Assembly: GCA_963850905.1 (NCBI GenBank)
Contig: CAWKMU010000003.1
Location: 1,440,001 to 1,504,000, forward strand
DNA: 64,000 nt
Direction: 5' to 3'
From: an uncultured Gemmatimonadales bacterium
GTDB taxonomy: Bacteria > Gemmatimonadota > Gemmatimonadetes > Gemmatimonadales > Gemmatimonadaceae
The position numbers and the translations under genes were made by a program. Below the pieces are notes generated by a model. It was not told the DNA's origin. It searched no databases and was given only the letters and a program-made list of their open reading frames with translations. Shown here piece by piece: positions 10,744-21,147 of the stretch; position 1 is the first letter of the stretch, and every line of letters starts with the position of its first letter.

Positions 10744-11035
10744 CGGACCAGGAGTGGTGGGAAACGCTCGCGCACGCACGACGCGGCGCGACACGATGAC
10801 AGAAGGTAGGAACTAGACACCCGTTTTTCTATAAAGCGGGCCACAGTGGCTTCTTTCTCGCTGCTGACTTCCGCGCTCGCACGGCGCGGAATCCGGCGGG
10901 AACTCTTGGGGGCGGGGCGGGGTTGAACTAGAAAGGCAGAGCTCGTCGCGTTCCACGCGGCGGGAGCGACCGATCGGTAGGGATGGTGCACCTCCGTTAC
11001 CGCCCGACTGTCTACGGCCATTAGAGGAAGCCGAC

Positions 11036-11380
11036 ATGGCGGACCACGAGCCGCAGGACCCAGATGCTGCACCCGGCGCCGAGCTGCGAACCTACGAAAC
11101 GCCTCGCCAGTTGGATCTGGCAGTGGTGGCGTCGCTCAATGCGACGGTGCAGGCGGCGGCAGGCTTACGCGCAGCGGTTGCCGATCGGGTCCGCTACCTC
11201 CGGGGACGCGGCGCACCACCGGAGCGAGTGGTGATTGCCATCAAGCGCGCCACCCACGAAGCCCTCGCCCGCGCCGTGCCGCGGATGGACACGCTCGCGG
11301 GCGCCATGGCCGTCGAAGACGCCTCGCGCGCCGTGATGGGGCAGGCGGTGACGGCGGCGGTGGAGGCGTACTACGGCTAG
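11036..11380 (+). CDS. Small helical hypothetical protein
   Basis: GAGGA RBS before ATG; GAPPERVVIAIK...VEAYYG. Confidence 0.7.
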   Translation: MADHEPQDPDAAPGAELRTYETPRQLDLAVVASLNATVQAAAGLRAAVADRVRYLRGRGAPPERVVIAIKRATHEALARAVPRMDTLAGAMAVEDASRAVMGQAVTAAVEAYYG

Positions 11381-11485
11381 GCGTTGGACGCTGGACGCTA
11401 GACGCTAGAGAAAACCTCGCTGGCTAGCCTAGATGCACCGTGGCTCGCCCCGAGGTCTTCCTCTTCTAGCGTCTAGCGTCCAGCA
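11378..11485. repeat. Heptamer-armed palindromic element, copy 1
   Basis: TAGGCGT TGGACGC TGGACGC TAGACGC TAGAG-AAAACCTCG...TAGATGCACCGTGG...CGAGGTC...TCTAGCG TCTAGCG TCCAGC; fills the gap between convergent stops. Confidence 0.9.
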
Positions 11486-11487
11486 CT

Positions 11488-12418
11488 TCATGGCCTGCTC
11501 AAGTCCAATCCCTGCGCCAGCAGGCCCTGTTGTACCAACCGTTGCAGCGCCGTGCCGTCATGACTGACGGCGACCGTGATGCCGGCGGCCACGACGTCCT
11601 CTTTCAGCCACGCGATCTCCTGGCCAATCGCGACGCGGTCTTCACCCATTTGCTTGCTGGTGGAGTCAGGCTTTTGCCGACCGGTCTCGATACCGGCGTT
11701 GTGCCAGACGACGTCGCCGACCAGCACGACCTCGCGGCCGGAGGCGAGCTTGACGTATACCATTCTGGGAGCCAGGCGTGTGCCCTGGCGCACGAATCAG
11801 CACGACCCCAGGCGCGATCGGCAACGCTCGCTGGTAATCGACGACCAAGAATCGGCGCGCGCTGGCCGCATCGAGTCCCGCGGAGGGCCGCGGATGGTCA
11901 ACCAGCGTTTGAACCTGCTGCTTCGTGAGCATCGTCTTGAACGCGACGTCGCGTTCGATCGCCGGCCGGGTCAGCGTGCCGACGTGGTCTCCGTGCTCGT
12001 GGGTGATCACGATCAGGCGAGCGCCGCGCAGGGCTGCGACGATCTGGTCGTAGTGGTCGGGGAAGAATGTGCCGCTGTTACCGGCTGCTTGCTTGTCGTA
12101 AGTCGCGTCTACCATCACCCAGCCGTGTGGGAATCGGATCTGAAACGCTGGCGTCACCTGGTACACCTTCATGTGCGGCGCGCCGGCGACGGCGTCGGAT
12201 TCAGGTGTCGAGTCGTCTTGCACGCTCAGATAGCCGATCGACGCTGGCAGTTCTCCGGGAACCGCCTTGCTGAGCGCCCTCAGGTCCTGCAGCAGGCCTT
12301 CGGCGTACGGATTGGTGTTCTGTGCCCCGACGCGTGCGGTCCCCGCAACAGTGAGCGACACGAGGAGCGCGACATGCGTGAGCAGACGAATGTCAGAGTG
12401 CGTCGTCTTGGCAGCCAT
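11488..12418 (-). CDS. Secreted metallo-beta-lactamase-fold hydrolase (apparent +1 frameshift at ~11763)
   Basis: THEHGDH and PGHTPGSQ motifs. Removing one A gives GSQ-MVYVKLASGREVVLVGDVVW, continuing in the 11488..11793 frame. Confidence 0.8.
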
Positions 12419-12520
12419 CGTGCCTCCTCGATGGTGTGGCTGTGAGCCCGCGTGGACTGATGAATCACTCACAATTAACGGATCCGCCGCGTCGTTCAAG
12501 GTGTCGAACCAAACCCCGGA

Positions 12521-13684
12521 TCAGTTCACGAGACGGTTGTATTTCCGCAGGATCTCGCGCAGGCGGTCGTGCGGCAGCGCGTATACGGTGTGTCCGTCGA
12601 CGCCGGTCATCGTCTGCGCGGCGACGAGAGCGTTTACGATAGCTTCCTCGGTGGCCTCGATCGTCGCGAGGAAGAACGGGTTCAACTCCCCGTTTGGGAG
12701 CATGCTCAGCGAAACCGGCGGGCCGGACGGGTTAGCTGCGCCCGGGTTCGCCGTAGAGAACGCGATGAAGAGGTCACCGGAGCCGTTCGCTCCCGTGCCA
12801 CCGAGCCGCGCGATGCCCATCGGTACGCGCCGGGCCAGCCGCTCGAGCTGATGAGGGAGGAGCGGCGCATCGGTGGCGACGACGACGATGATCGATCCCT
12901 CGCGGCCGCCCTGCGCCAGCGTGTCATCGACGGATGTAGACGCGGTGCCGCGCTCGCGCTGCAAGTCCGGGATTTCCTTGCCGACCGGCACACCAGCGAT
13001 CGTGAGCAGCTCGCGCGATCCATAGTTGGCCTGTACCAGCACACCGAGGGTGTAACCGCCCGGCAACGTCCGCGATGCCGTGCCGATCCCGCCCTTGAAC
13101 CCATGCGCAACCATTCCCGTCCCGCCGCCGACATTGCCTTCGGCGACCGGACCTGATCGCGCGCCGTTGAGTGCCGCAAAGACGTGTTCCTGGCGCACGT
13201 GAAAGCCCGCAATGTCGTTCAAGAACGCATCGGAAGTCTCGCCCACGATGGGTTGGTGCCAGGGGATCTTCGCCTTGAGCACGTCCTCGAACCACGCCAG
13301 GACGGCATCGCGGACGGTGCCGACGCTCCACGTGTTGGTGATGGCGATCGGGCCGCCGAGTACGCCGCCTTCCTTGAGCCATGCCGTGCCGGTGAGCTCA
13401 CCGAAGCCGTTGCCAGCGAACCAGCCACCGAAAACCGGCTCCCACTTTTTCCCTTTCGGGAACACCACGGTCACCCCGGTGCGCACGGCGTGGGCACCGT
13501 CTCCGCTGATGACGGTTGCGTGTCCAACCTCGACCCCGGCGACGTCCGTGATCGCGTTGAGTGGACCCGGAGTGCCATCGAATGGAACGCCCAGGTCACG
13601 CGCACGCGGGTGCGTGGCCGGTTGGGCGTGGAGGAGAGAAGCGAGGACGAAGGGAGCCGCGAGGACCGACCATGAGCGCGACAA
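12521..13684 (-). CDS. Peptidase P1/S58 family (DmpA-like aminopeptidase)
   Basis: PGPLNAITDVAGVEVGH, EGNVGGGTGM, FKGGIGTASR and G/SIIVVVATDAPL autocleavage motif. Confidence 0.92.
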   Translation of the reverse strand: MSRSWSVLAAPFVLASLLHAQPATHPRARDLGVPFDGTPGPLNAITDVAGVEVGHATVISGDGAHAVRTGVTVVFPKGKKWEPVFGGWFAGNGFGELTGTAWLKEGGVLGGPIAITNTWSVGTVRDAVLAWFEDVLKAKIPWHQPIVGETSDAFLNDIAGFHVRQEHVFAALNGARSGPVAEGNVGGGTGMVAHGFKGGIGTASRTLPGGYTLGVLVQANYGSRELLTIAGVPVGKEIPDLQRERGTASTSVDDTLAQGGREGSIIVVVATDAPLLPHQLERLARRVPMGIARLGGTGANGSGDLFIAFSTANPGAANPSGPPVSLSMLPNGELNPFFLATIEATEEAIVNALVAAQTMTGVDGHTVYALPHDRLREILRKYNRLVN

Positions 13685-13730
13685 GGAACCAAGGGGTTGG
13701 GGTTCGAGATACGGTACGACACGAACCGCG

Positions 13731-13754
13731 GTCGACGCAATGCGTCGCCCCTGC
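13731..13754 (-). repeat. GTAG-type REP-like palindrome (degenerate)
   Basis: Minus strand reads GCAGGGGCGACGCATTGCGTCGAC right at the GH44 stop. Confidence 0.7.
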
Positions 13755-15709
13755 TACTTCTCGCGCGGCGGGATGACGAGGAGTGTGATCGAGTTGGCGG
13801 GGTAGGTCTGCGTGAAGCCGTGCAGATGGACCCAGCGATCGGTCGCGCGCACGATCGCCGCCGGGTTGGCGGGTGTCAGCTGGTACACCTGAACCGGGCC
13901 ACCTGGCGCGAAGTCCGCCAGCGACACCGCGGCGTGGATGTCGTTGGCGGTCTTGTTGATCGCGATGAGCGTGAGCGCGCTGTCAGCCGTGCGCTGCGCC
14001 CCGTAGATCGCAAGAGTGTCCGGCCCGGCGCTGGTCGAGCTCACCCACGTGTCGCCGTACCGGCTGCCGGCGCCGTCGTAGTTACGATAGATCCGGAAGG
14101 CATTGGCGCCTACCCAGGTCGTCTGTGGCGGCCCCCACAAAGTCGCGAGATCGAGCGATTCGCGGCCAAAGATGCCCAATACATCGGCCTGCGCGAGCGC
14201 GCCATTGATGGAGTTGAGGCCGCCCCAGTTGTACTCTGTGATCCCGATCTTCGTCCCCGGGTAGTACTGGTTCACCCATTTATGAAAGGTGCGGATCAGT
14301 TGAATCGGCGGATACCACTGGCCGATCCAATTCTCCTCGCGATATGTCGAATCCCAGAGCGACCGTGTGGAGCGGAGACGGGCGGCCTGGACCGCCGCGG
14401 TCCCTGGGGTCCCGTCGAAGGTGACAACGCCGGCGGGCGACGCGTAGAAGTGCTCGGTGAACACGTCGAGGAGCCGAGTCCCGTGCGACGTCTCGTACTG
14501 CTGCATCTGCTGCAGGTAGTACCACGCGTTCCACAGTCCACCGTTCTGGGCGGGAGTCCCCACATAGACGGCCCAGCCGAAGTCCTCCGGGCCCGCAAGC
14601 ATTGCCGTCGGATCGACGCCCTTGATCGTGCCACCATAGAGCAGCGTCCGCTGGACGAGGTCCTCATAGGTGATTTGCCCGGGCGAGACGTCGCGGTGCG
14701 TGTTGCCCCAGCCGCTCGGCTCGTTGTCCATCGCGAAGAACGTGATGCCACCCTTACTCGCGTCACCGTACTTACTCGTGAGGTGCTGAATCCAGCCCTG
14801 TTGCAGCGTTGCAGAATTGGCCACGTGAATGCGGAGGATCTGGCTCGAGTTCGGCGTGATCACCGAATCGCCTGGCGTCATGCCATTGCCGCACCCGCTC
14901 ACGTACGGGTTGACGGCTTGCTGCGGACCGAAGATCGAGACGGGAAACGTGCAGTCCGACTTGTTACTCGGCACACTGTTGACGTAGTCGATGATCGGGA
15001 CCGAAAGGAACGTCGTCACACCGACACTCTTGTTACGATCGACCATGGCATCGGCGGACCCACTCGGCGTCACCGTCGAGGCACCCCCGCCGGCCATGAA
15101 ATACCAGTCCCCGCCGGAGTTGCTCGCGTCGACCTGCCAGTTATAGCGCGTGATGCCGTCGCCGCCCCAACGCGTAATGGTGATGCCGAGGTCTTGCAGA
15201 TACGATGCGGTCAGACCGAAGGTACTCACGCCATAGATGTACGGGCTGATGGCGTGACGACCACTCGTCGCGTCGACTGCGAGCGCGGGCGCACTTGCAT
15301 CGGCAGCGGCTTCCGGCGGCATGACGCCGACGACCGCATGGCCGCTCTGTCCGTGGACAGTCGCACTGATGCGAACGATCCCTGATGCGATCCCGGTCAC
15401 TGTCCCCGTCGACGACACTCGCGCGACACTCGTGTCACTGCTCGACCACGTGATGGTATCCGATGTGATGGCGTGACCGCTGGAATCTGCGATATGGGCC
15501 GTCAGCGCCAACGTGCTGCTGATCGATAGGTCCGTATCGCCTGGGCTGACGGAGATCGTGGCAGCGGTCGGTCCATGCGCCGCGGGCCCGACGCTCGCGC
15601 CAGGCGACGCACACGACAAGATCACGCACGCCACTGACGCCAGTGCGACTATGACCCTCAAGGTGTGCGAGCGGGGGCGTGCATCGCCGCCGTTGCGGAT
15701 AGTCGGCAT
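13754..15709 (-). CDS. Glycoside hydrolase family 44 lipoprotein with N-terminal Big_2 Ig-like domain
   Basis: WSSSDTSVARVSSTGTVTG (Big_2); RWGGDGITRYNW, MDNEP, THRDV, ITEYNWG and AQADVLGIFG (GH44). Confidence 0.85.
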   Translation of the reverse strand: MPTIRNGGDARPRSHTLRVIVALASVACVILSCASPGASVGPAAHGPTAATISVSPGDTDLSISSTLALTAHIADSSGHAITSDTITWSSSDTSVARVSSTGTVTGIASGIVRISATVHGQSGHAVVGVMPPEAAADASAPALAVDATSGRHAISPYIYGVSTFGLTASYLQDLGITITRWGGDGITRYNWQVDASNSGGDWYFMAGGGASTVTPSGSADAMVDRNKSVGVTTFLSVPIIDYVNSVPSNKSDCTFPVSIFGPQQAVNPYVSGCGNGMTPGDSVITPNSSQILRIHVANSATLQQGWIQHLTSKYGDASKGGITFFAMDNEPSGWGNTHRDVSPGQITYEDLVQRTLLYGGTIKGVDPTAMLAGPEDFGWAVYVGTPAQNGGLWNAWYYLQQMQQYETSHGTRLLDVFTEHFYASPAGVVTFDGTPGTAAVQAARLRSTRSLWDSTYREENWIGQWYPPIQLIRTFHKWVNQYYPGTKIGITEYNWGGLNSINGALAQADVLGIFGRESLDLATLWGPPQTTWVGANAFRIYRNYDGAGSRYGDTWVSSTSAGPDTLAIYGAQRTADSALTLIAINKTANDIHAAVSLADFAPGGPVQVYQLTPANPAAIVRATDRWVHLHGFTQTYPANSITLLVIPPREK

Positions 15710-15884
15710 GCATACTCCGCGGCCGGAGTCGGAGAGCGTTGGACGAGTCCCCAACAAGGTTGTGCCATCGGCCAGGAATGGCCGTCACGCGGCGCGCCCA
15801 CATCGTCACCTCGCGCGATCATGAGCCGCCAGAGTGAGGAAAACGGGGGGCGAAGAAAGGCCGCAGGCCGGTGGCGCTGACGGG

Positions 15885-16370
15885 TCAGTCGACTGTGCTC
15901 TTCAACCGCCCACGAACATTGGTCTCGAGATCGGCGGGGTCGCCCGCGAGCCCGGTGAGATCGACCGACAGATCGGTCAATCCGAGCTCACGATTGAGAG
16001 CAACCATGCGTAGAAGAGTTGGGGGCAGCCGAGTCGTGTACTTCGCGGCATTGCGCAGGTGCAGACATAGCTGTGTCCGGCCCTGCACTCGCTTGAGTGT
16101 CACGTCCGTGATGTCATTCCATGCGATGACGCCGATGGCGAAGGTACGATCGAGCACGCCGCGGTCATCGATCACCAAGCGCGGGCGAGCGTCGTAGAAC
16201 TGCCATCCGGCGAACAGCGTCCCGGCGCCGCACGCAACGAGGATGATCCACCCCGCAGTCGGCTGGAATCGCACGCCGATCAGAATGCCGCCAATGGCGG
16301 TGAGCACGCCCGCCGCAAGCGCAGCAAGCCCCCAATTACGGCGAGGTGCGCCAATGACAATGGGTTGCAT
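15885..16370 (-). CDS. Membrane protein, STM3941-like
   Basis: Two N-terminal TM helices, then PRLVIDDRGVLD...IAWNDI. Confidence 0.6.
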   Translation of the reverse strand: MQPIVIGAPRRNWGLAALAAGVLTAIGGILIGVRFQPTAGWIILVACGAGTLFAGWQFYDARPRLVIDDRGVLDRTFAIGVIAWNDITDVTLKRVQGRTQLCLHLRNAAKYTTRLPPTLLRMVALNRELGLTDLSVDLTGLAGDPADLETNVRGRLKSTVD

Positions 16371-16497
16371 GACGGAAACTATAGCGGCAGGGGTTTACAC
16401 GTCGGAGTGAGTGGCAAAACGGGACGGAGCAAGTAGACTCTAGTGGACCCCCGTGTAGCTCCCACCGTCCTACCGTTCTGATCAAACGTTGACGTCA

Positions 16498-17208
16498 ATG
16501 AGAGTGAGCCTCCGCCGCGCAATGCTTCCGGCTCTAGTCAGTATGTCGAGGGCAGTGTCCGCGCAGTCGACGCCGGCACCACCCGCCGGTGCACAGGCGC
16601 CGACGATTCAATGTGCGGATTCGTCGGCCGGCGGCAGGATCGGCAGTACCGCGTGTACGATTTTCGCGAAGCGGGTGGTCCGGGAATTTCCGGGTCGCGC
16701 AGACACCGTTGTATGGAACGTGGCGGCTTTCTCCACACGTCTGGAGGCCGAGTCACGCCAGACCCCCACCTCGGCAGTCATCGAGATGGACAACAGGTTC
16801 TGGCTCCTGAACATCGCCCCGACCGTCAATCGCCAGGAGCGTGCCCTTCGAACCTCGGCGATCACGCCCATTCCGTTGCCGCCAGCCAAGAGCTACGAGA
16901 TCATATTTGCCTACGTTGCTGTGCCGCCGGGGGCGCACTCGGCGATTCATGTCCAGTCGGGGCCCGAAGCCTGGTACGTGCTCGCGGGCTCGCAGTGCGT
17001 CGAGACTCCGGATACGGTGTTGCACATTCGACAAGGCGCCGGTGGCATGGTGCCTGCCGACACGCCGTTGTATCTGGTCGCGACCGGGACGACGACACGG
17101 CGAGCGTTCTTCGTCATTGTCCACGACGCGGAACGACCGTTCTATACGGAGATCGACTCGTGGCATCCGCGCGGCAAATGTGGAAAGACGGTAGACGCTA
17201 GACGCTAG
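16498..17208 (+). CDS. Secreted cupin-domain protein
   Basis: Signal peptide; HSAIHVQSGPEAWYVLAGSQCVETP cupin motif; stop codon lies inside a heptamer tract; start uncertain. Confidence 0.7.
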   Translation: MRVSLRRAMLPALVSMSRAVSAQSTPAPPAGAQAPTIQCADSSAGGRIGSTACTIFAKRVVREFPGRADTVVWNVAAFSTRLEAESRQTPTSAVIEMDNRFWLLNIAPTVNRQERALRTSAITPIPLPPAKSYEIIFAYVAVPPGAHSAIHVQSGPEAWYVLAGSQCVETPDTVLHIRQGAGGMVPADTPLYLVATGTTTRRAFFVIVHDAERPFYTEIDSWHPRGKCGKTVDARR

Positions 17209-17288
17209 ACGCTAGACGCTAGAACGCACCACGGCTGGCCTCGCGCTTTGTCATCCAGCGTCCAACGTCCAGCGGACCAGCGTCCAGC
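17185..17288. repeat. Heptamer-armed palindromic element, copy 2 (left half of core missing)
   Basis: (TAGACGC)x4 TAGAACGCACCACGGCTGGCC...TCCAGCG TCCAACG TCCAGCG GACCAGCG TCCAGC. Confidence 0.85.
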
Positions 17289-17403
17289 CTTCCCTGTATC
17301 GATCGTGCAACGGCCTTGTAAGCGATACCGAGGTGAGCTATATGGAACCCCGGTTGGCAATTGGGATCGCGCTGGCGGTTTCTCACCCTAGTTCGGACTG
17401 GCC

Positions 17404-18951
17404 ATGTCGAGCTTGTCCTTCCTCGATCGAGAGCACTCCCTAGCGGGACCGCGCTACACGCGGTGGCTCGTGCCCCCTGCCGCACTCGCCATCCATCTGT
17501 GCATCGGCCAGGTGTACGCCTACAGCGTCTTCAAGCTTCCGATGACGACGTTGCTCGGCATCACCACTTCGACGCCGAGCGATTGGCAGCAGACCACGAT
17601 CGCACACCTCTTCCAGGTCGCCATCGCGTTTCTCGGGGTTTCAGCCGCGGTGTTCGGCGCGTGGCTCGAGCGCGCCGGTCCACGCAAGGCAATGTTCGCG
17701 TCAGCGCTGTGCTTCAGCGGAGGGTTCCTGATCGGTGCCTTCGGTATCTGGGTGCATCAGTTCTGGATCGTCATGCTTGGCTACGGCGTACTGGGCGGCA
17801 TCGGGCTGGGACTCGGCTACATCTCACCGGTCTCGACACTCATCAAGTGGTTCCCGGACAGGCCGGGGATGGCGACTGGCTTGGCGATCATGGGATTTGG
17901 CGGCGGCGCGCTCATCGCGTCGCCGCTGTCGGTCGCCTTGATGGCGCACTTCAAGTCCACGACATCGATGGGCGTCGCCGAGACGTGGGTGGTCATGGGC
18001 ATCCTTTACTTCATCTTCATGATGTTCGGCGTATTCACCGTGCGACTACCCGTGCCGGGCTGGATGCCAGCGGGGTTTGTACCCGGCGCGACGGCGAAGC
18101 GCATGGTGACGACCGGCAACGTGACGGCTGATGAGGCGATCCGAACGCCGCAGTTCTGGTTGTTGTGGGTCATGTTGTGCGTGAATGTCACGGCGGGGAT
18201 CGGGATCCTCGAGCAGGCCTCGCCCATGATTCAGGAGATGTTCACGGGCGCCGTCACGGCGGTCGTCGCGGGCGGATTCGTCGGCCTACTGAGCGTCGCC
18301 AACATGGCGGGACGCTTTGGCTGGTCATCCACGTCGGACTACATCGGACGCAAGGCGACCTACGCGCTGTTTTTCCTGGTCGGACCACTCTGCTACGCGA
18401 CGATTCCCCACGCTGGTCGGATCCACAGCGTGCCGCTCTTCGTGCTGTGCTGCGCCGTCATTCTCACAATGTACGGCGGCGGGTTCGCGACCATCCCGGC
18501 GTACCTCCGTGATCTGTTCGGTACGATCCAGGTTGGCGCTATCCACGGTCGTGTGCTGACTGCGTGGTCGGTCGCCGGCATCCTCGGGCCCATGCTCGTC
18601 AACGAAATACGGCAATACCAGATCGATCATGGGGTGGCCAAAGCCGACGCGTACACCGTCACCATGTACCTCATGGCGGCGCTCCTGCTCGTTGGCTTCG
18701 TTTGCAACCTGCTCGTACGCCCGGTAAGCGAGCGACACTATGAGGCGTCCGGCGCACCGGGGTCGCCGACTCCAGCGGCCGCAGCGGCAATTCCGGGCCG
18801 GGAGCAGCAGCTCCGAGCCGCGGACGCACAGACGGGCGCGGACGATTCGGGCCTCGGCGTGCGCCTGGTCGTTGCGTGGCTCATCGTGGGCATCCCACTG
18901 GCGTGGGGGCTGTGGCAGGTCGTGCAGAAGAGCTTCGCGTTGTTCAAGTAG
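17404..18951 (+). CDS. MFS transporter, OFA (oxalate/formate antiporter) family
   Basis: RWLVPPAALAIHLCIGQVYAYSVF, GYISPVSTLIKWFPDRPGMATG and YGGGFATIPAY motifs. Confidence 0.9.
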   Translation: MSSLSFLDREHSLAGPRYTRWLVPPAALAIHLCIGQVYAYSVFKLPMTTLLGITTSTPSDWQQTTIAHLFQVAIAFLGVSAAVFGAWLERAGPRKAMFASALCFSGGFLIGAFGIWVHQFWIVMLGYGVLGGIGLGLGYISPVSTLIKWFPDRPGMATGLAIMGFGGGALIASPLSVALMAHFKSTTSMGVAETWVVMGILYFIFMMFGVFTVRLPVPGWMPAGFVPGATAKRMVTTGNVTADEAIRTPQFWLLWVMLCVNVTAGIGILEQASPMIQEMFTGAVTAVVAGGFVGLLSVANMAGRFGWSSTSDYIGRKATYALFFLVGPLCYATIPHAGRIHSVPLFVLCCAVILTMYGGGFATIPAYLRDLFGTIQVGAIHGRVLTAWSVAGILGPMLVNEIRQYQIDHGVAKADAYTVTMYLMAALLLVGFVCNLLVRPVSERHYEASGAPGSPTPAAAAAIPGREQQLRAADAQTGADDSGLGVRLVVAWLIVGIPLAWGLWQVVQKSFALFK

Positions 18952-18958
18952 GGCCAGT

Positions 18959-18984
18959 GTAGGGGCGACGCAATGCGTCGCCCT
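18959..18984 (+). repeat. GTAG-type REP-like palindrome
   Basis: GTAGGGGCGACGCAATGCGTCGCCCT between convergent genes. Confidence 0.85.
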
Positions 18985-19022
18985 CCTGCGCCGCCCATCT
19001 CAGCCGATCGTCGGGGCAGCGT

Positions 19023-21147
19023 TTACAACAGTGCTTCCAGGCGAATCGGCAGATCACGCACGCGTCGGCCCGTCGCATGAAACACGGCGTTGGCGATCGC
19101 CGGTGCGACGCCGACAATCGCGATCTCTCCGATCCCTTTCACGCCGAGGGGATTGACGTGCGGGTCTTCCTCTTCGACGAACAGCGCCTCGAGCGAGCCG
19201 ACGTCGAGATTGACCGGCACGAGATAATCGGTCATTGACGCGTTGACTGGCCGGCCGTCGCGGCGATCAAGGAGTGTTTGCTCCATGAGAGCCATTCCGA
19301 TTCCGCCGACCATGCCGCCGAGGCACTGACTGCGCGCGAGTCGCGGATTGATTATGCGGCCGGCGCTGTACGCACCGACAATGTGCCGCACTCGAATCAT
19401 GCCCAGATCGGGATCGACCGCGACCTCGGCGAAGACGGCACCGAATGCATACATCGAATACCGCCGCCGCTCGTCGCTCGGCTTAGTCGTGCCGACGGCC
19501 TCGATCGGCTGACCGCCGCAGCGAGCGAGGGTCTCACGGTAGGACTCCCCCGGGAGGGCCCTCTTGCAGAATGTCGGTGCGGACGGCGAGACAAGCGGCC
19601 TGCACAGCCGAGCCGACCGACGCCATCGTCATTGACCCGCCGTGGGGCGGGGTGGGCGGAAAGTCCGAAACGCCAATGTCGAGTCGGATCGAGGCGAGCG
19701 GCAGGCCGAGCGTATCGGCGGCCACCTGAGTCATCGACGTATACGTGCCCGGGCCCATGTCGCTCGCCGCCGTCTCGATGACGGCGCTGCCGTCCGGCAG
19801 CAGGCGTGCGCGTGCCTGCGCCCTTCCCTGCACGGCATGATATGCGGTGGCGGCCATCCCCCAGCCAATGCGCAGCCGGCCGTCGCGCATCGAACCCGGC
19901 ACAGGACTCCGTCTCGTCCAGCCGAAGTGGTCCGCGGCCCGAGCATAGCATTCGCGCAGTGACCTGCTCGAGAACGGCCGGCCATCACTCTCATTGATCG
20001 TCGGCTCATTGCGAAGCCGCAACTCGACCGGGTCGATCGCGAGCGCGACGGCCAACTCATCCATCGCTGTCTCCAACGCAAAGAAGCCACTCGCCGCCCC
20101 CGGCCCGCGCATGTAGGTCGGTGTGCTCTGATCCACCGGGACAATGCGGTAGCGCGTGCATACGTTCGGACAGCTGTACATGTACGTCGACGGTTCGGTG
20201 AGCGACTCCGTGAATTCCTCGTAGCGCGACGTTTCTGCGCTGCCTTCGTGGATGATGCCCAGCAGGCGGCCGTTGCGCTCGGCCGAAAGCACGACGCGCT
20301 GGACCGTATACGGCCGATGGCCGGTCGAGTTGTACATCTGACGTCGCGACAGCACGAGCTTGACCGGGCGCTTGACGTGTCGTGCCGCGATCGCGGCCAA
20401 CGTCACGTGTGGCCAGGTCCGCAGACTGGCGCCAAAGGCGCCACCAATGTACGGACACACGACGCGTACATTGGCCACAGGCAGTCCAAGCACTGCGGCG
20501 AGCTCCTTGGCTTCGCTCGCCACGTACTGACTCTTGCTCCATACGGTCAGCTGGTCGCCATCCCATGCGGCGATGGTCGCGGGCGGCTCCATGGGATTGT
20601 GGTTCTCGCGCATGATGCGGTACGTCACGTCGATCGTCGCTGCCGGTTGGCCGATGGCCGCCGGGTCGCCTCGCCGGGTGTCGGGCGGTGGGTCGGTGCC
20701 CGCGGGCGAGACGGGCGCGGCTTCAGGCGCGTCAATGAGAACGACCGGAGGGCGAGCATCGTATCGGATCTGGAGCGCGGCCGCGGCGTGCTCCGCGTCT
20801 TCGAGCGTTGAGGCGACGACGACTGCTACAGGCTGACCGAAGAACCGGACCTCGTCATCCTGCAGTACGTGCAGTCGCTCCCCGGTCTCCGGATCGACAT
20901 ACGACCGGTATGGCGCGTACGGGAGGCGCGGGGCATTGAGGTGCGTCAGTAGCGCCACGACGCCGGGGAGGTGCTCGATGCGCTCCGCTTCGATCGCCCG
21001 GATGCGCCCTCGGCCGATCGTACTGGTGACGATGATCGCGTAGGCCTGGCTCGGCAGATCGAACTCGGCGGCGTAGCGCGCGGCGCCGGTCACCTTTGCC
21101 GGTCCGTCGACACGTGGTACCGGTGCCCCCATCATCGGGTCGCTCAC
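19023..21147 (-). CDS. Xanthine dehydrogenase family molybdopterin-binding subunit (PaoC/YagR-like); apparent +1 frameshift at ~19570
   Basis: RVDGPAKVTGAARYAAE, HNPME, GGAFG, MRGPG, DMGPGTYT and KGIGE motifs. Removing one base gives TDICKRALPGESYRETL...YSMYAFGAVF. Confidence 0.88.

Noticed and set aside
13697..15385. 562-aa plus-strand ORF and similar long Arg/Ala-rich ORFs (538..1686, 5573..6784, 30825..32375, 44098..45408, 59142..60428, 61665..62942)
   Set aside because: Alternate-frame or antisense shadows of well-supported genes, as expected in high-GC DNA; no motifs.
19023..21147. Calling the Mo subunit (and the MBL, TonB and 39865 genes) true pseudogenes or programmed frameshifts
   Set aside because: Each has only single-A insertions in a shared context, no slippery heptamer and no other decay; an artefact is more likely until reads are checked.
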